Assembly (NCBI GenBank): GCA_965649765.1 | Contig: OZ287756.1 | Location: 30,566,001-30,630,000 of the forward strand | Origin: Bispira polyomma | Taxonomy: Eukaryota | Length of the DNA: 64,000 bases | Direction: 5' to 3' | Part shown: positions 62,510 to 64,000 of the stretch, piece by piece | Layout: each line of letters begins with the position of its first letter | Numbering within the stretch: position 1 is the stretch's first letter | Notes under the pieces: generated by a model | Databases searched by the model: none | What the model saw: only the letters and a program-made list of their open reading frames with translations | What the model was told of the DNA's origin: nothing | Position numbers and translations under genes: made by a program

Positions 62510-64000
62510 CATTCTATTACATTACTATTTTTGTCCGAGACATTTGAAACTAGCAATCTATTTTTAAAGACTTTCTGCTGGCAACAAGATGTCAACAATC
62601 CCAGAACAAAATTAATGCTGGACTTATAGCTGGGTTTCCAGCAGTTAATGAATACAGGTAAGATGCTGTTTATACTGTTGGCCCATTTAAAGACTCGTGT
62701 TGCAGCCAAAGCAAACCCTTACATATACTGTAAGAAATTCATGTATGTTTTTTACACATTAAATTAGAACACAGAGAATCTGCATCCTCTGGAGCAATTG
62801 TTAGTTTGGTTTTGTATCTGACAGTAGGATATTTCCCAGCCTGGTAATAATTCGTTTCTATAATGATCACACAAGCCGCTGCAGTCCTTTCATTAACACC
62901 ACAGAGACACATCAGTGATGAGTACAAAACATTATGCCATGATACATTTTTGCAAAGGAGAAACCAGAATGGTCTTTTTTCTATCATCAGAATTATATTT
63001 AAAGATGAAAAATCAACTAAATCTGTAAGTGACTTAAATCTCCATATTCTTCTGACATGCAATTGCTTACATGTTTTATTTGGGTAAATATTATGTTTAT
63101 AATTTTTTATTCAATTTTTACTCTGGTGCCTTTGTGGTGCAGTGTTAACACACTCAACATCCACATCTGCTGTGGTGGGTTTGAATTTGAGCCTCGCATG
63201 TGCGTGAGAAGGTTCATATTCACTATACGTTCTCAGACATATGTGCTTAACTTAATGGTAACCTTGTGAGGATTAGTCTTCACTTCTTACTTCATGGCTG
63301 TTCATGCAATGTTACTGTTATACCAAATGTTTGCATTGGGATATATTTGATGTATTTGTTTACTGGGCTAGTCCTAATTTTATTTCTTAATAATTTTTTT
63401 TAAAATGCTTAATATAAACCTACATTATATTGCTTATGTATGGACACTAAGATATGATTCCATATTTCGCATTTGACATCTGCTCACCTTCTGACCTTTC
63501 ACCCCAGTCAGAGTTTTAATTTTTTTAGCCTTACTGAAATGCCTGTACTATGACCTTCATGAGTATGTGATACTTTCTTTAGATTATCATCATATCATCT
63601 CATTGTGGTTATGTTTTTTGGCCCTGTTTGTTTGTTAGCAGGCTTACACACAATACTACTGAATTGATTTTGACTAGATCAATGTGTACTTCAATGAATG
63701 TTAGCTTACTTGTGCTTCAACAAAAATTGAAAATTTGTGTTTTGCACAAATAAGTTATTCCTCTACTTTTGCCTAAAGAGGTTTTAGGTCTGTAGCTAAA
63801 ATACAGACACTATTGGGTTTGTTTCCCATAGTGAAAGGTTGTGTTCTAATGAGTGTTATTTGGGAGTTATGATTGTTTTTAATTATAGGATTCATTTGGA
63901 ATCATATCTAAGTATACAAAGCATAAATGGCAACCTGTAAGATGTCATTGTAAAATGTGTAGAATTAGTTTGTTTGGAGTGAAATAGCGGACAATGATGT

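Larger units (their letters stand above)
57530..64000 (+). repeat. Segmental duplication family C, copy 2 and start of copy 3 (from ~63600)
   Basis: See C copy 1. Confidence 0.85.

Overview
AT-rich eukaryotic DNA, most likely an aquatic invertebrate judging by its transposon families; I found no supportable host protein-coding gene. The backbone is nested, diverged tandem duplication of non-coding DNA. Family A: ~1.9-9.7 kb, ~15.0-25.3 kb and a partial third copy at ~25.6-28.5 kb. Family B: ~31-43.5 kb, with a 2-2.7 kb subunit recurring five times. Family C: ~44.3-64 kb, partly an inverted relative of B. Mobile elements inserted into this backbone: (1) the 5' part of a CR1/L2-type LINE with a 2A-like motif ahead of its APE endonuclease (left edge); (2) a full-length but decayed Ngaro-type tyrosine-recombinase retrotransposon with A1-ORFs-B1A2-spacer-B2 split direct repeats (44441-50963); (3) two ORF-less A-spacer-B relatives of that element (~18085-19740, ~37970-39110); (4) a Merlin (IS1595/ISXO2-like) DNA transposon with TIRs and an 8-bp TSD (60979-62509); (5) a TTAA-flanked Kolobok-like MITE, tRNA-derived SINEs, L2 3' ends, HINE-like repeats and mini/microsatellites. 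The most interesting signals come from the Ngaro family: a covarying RNA structure conserved in the A2-B2 spacer of three divergent copies, an in-frame splice joining the Gag N-terminus to the recombinase, solo-LTR-like remnants, and a paralogous empty site that exposes the TGTGT crossover core. All alignments and folds were done by eye.
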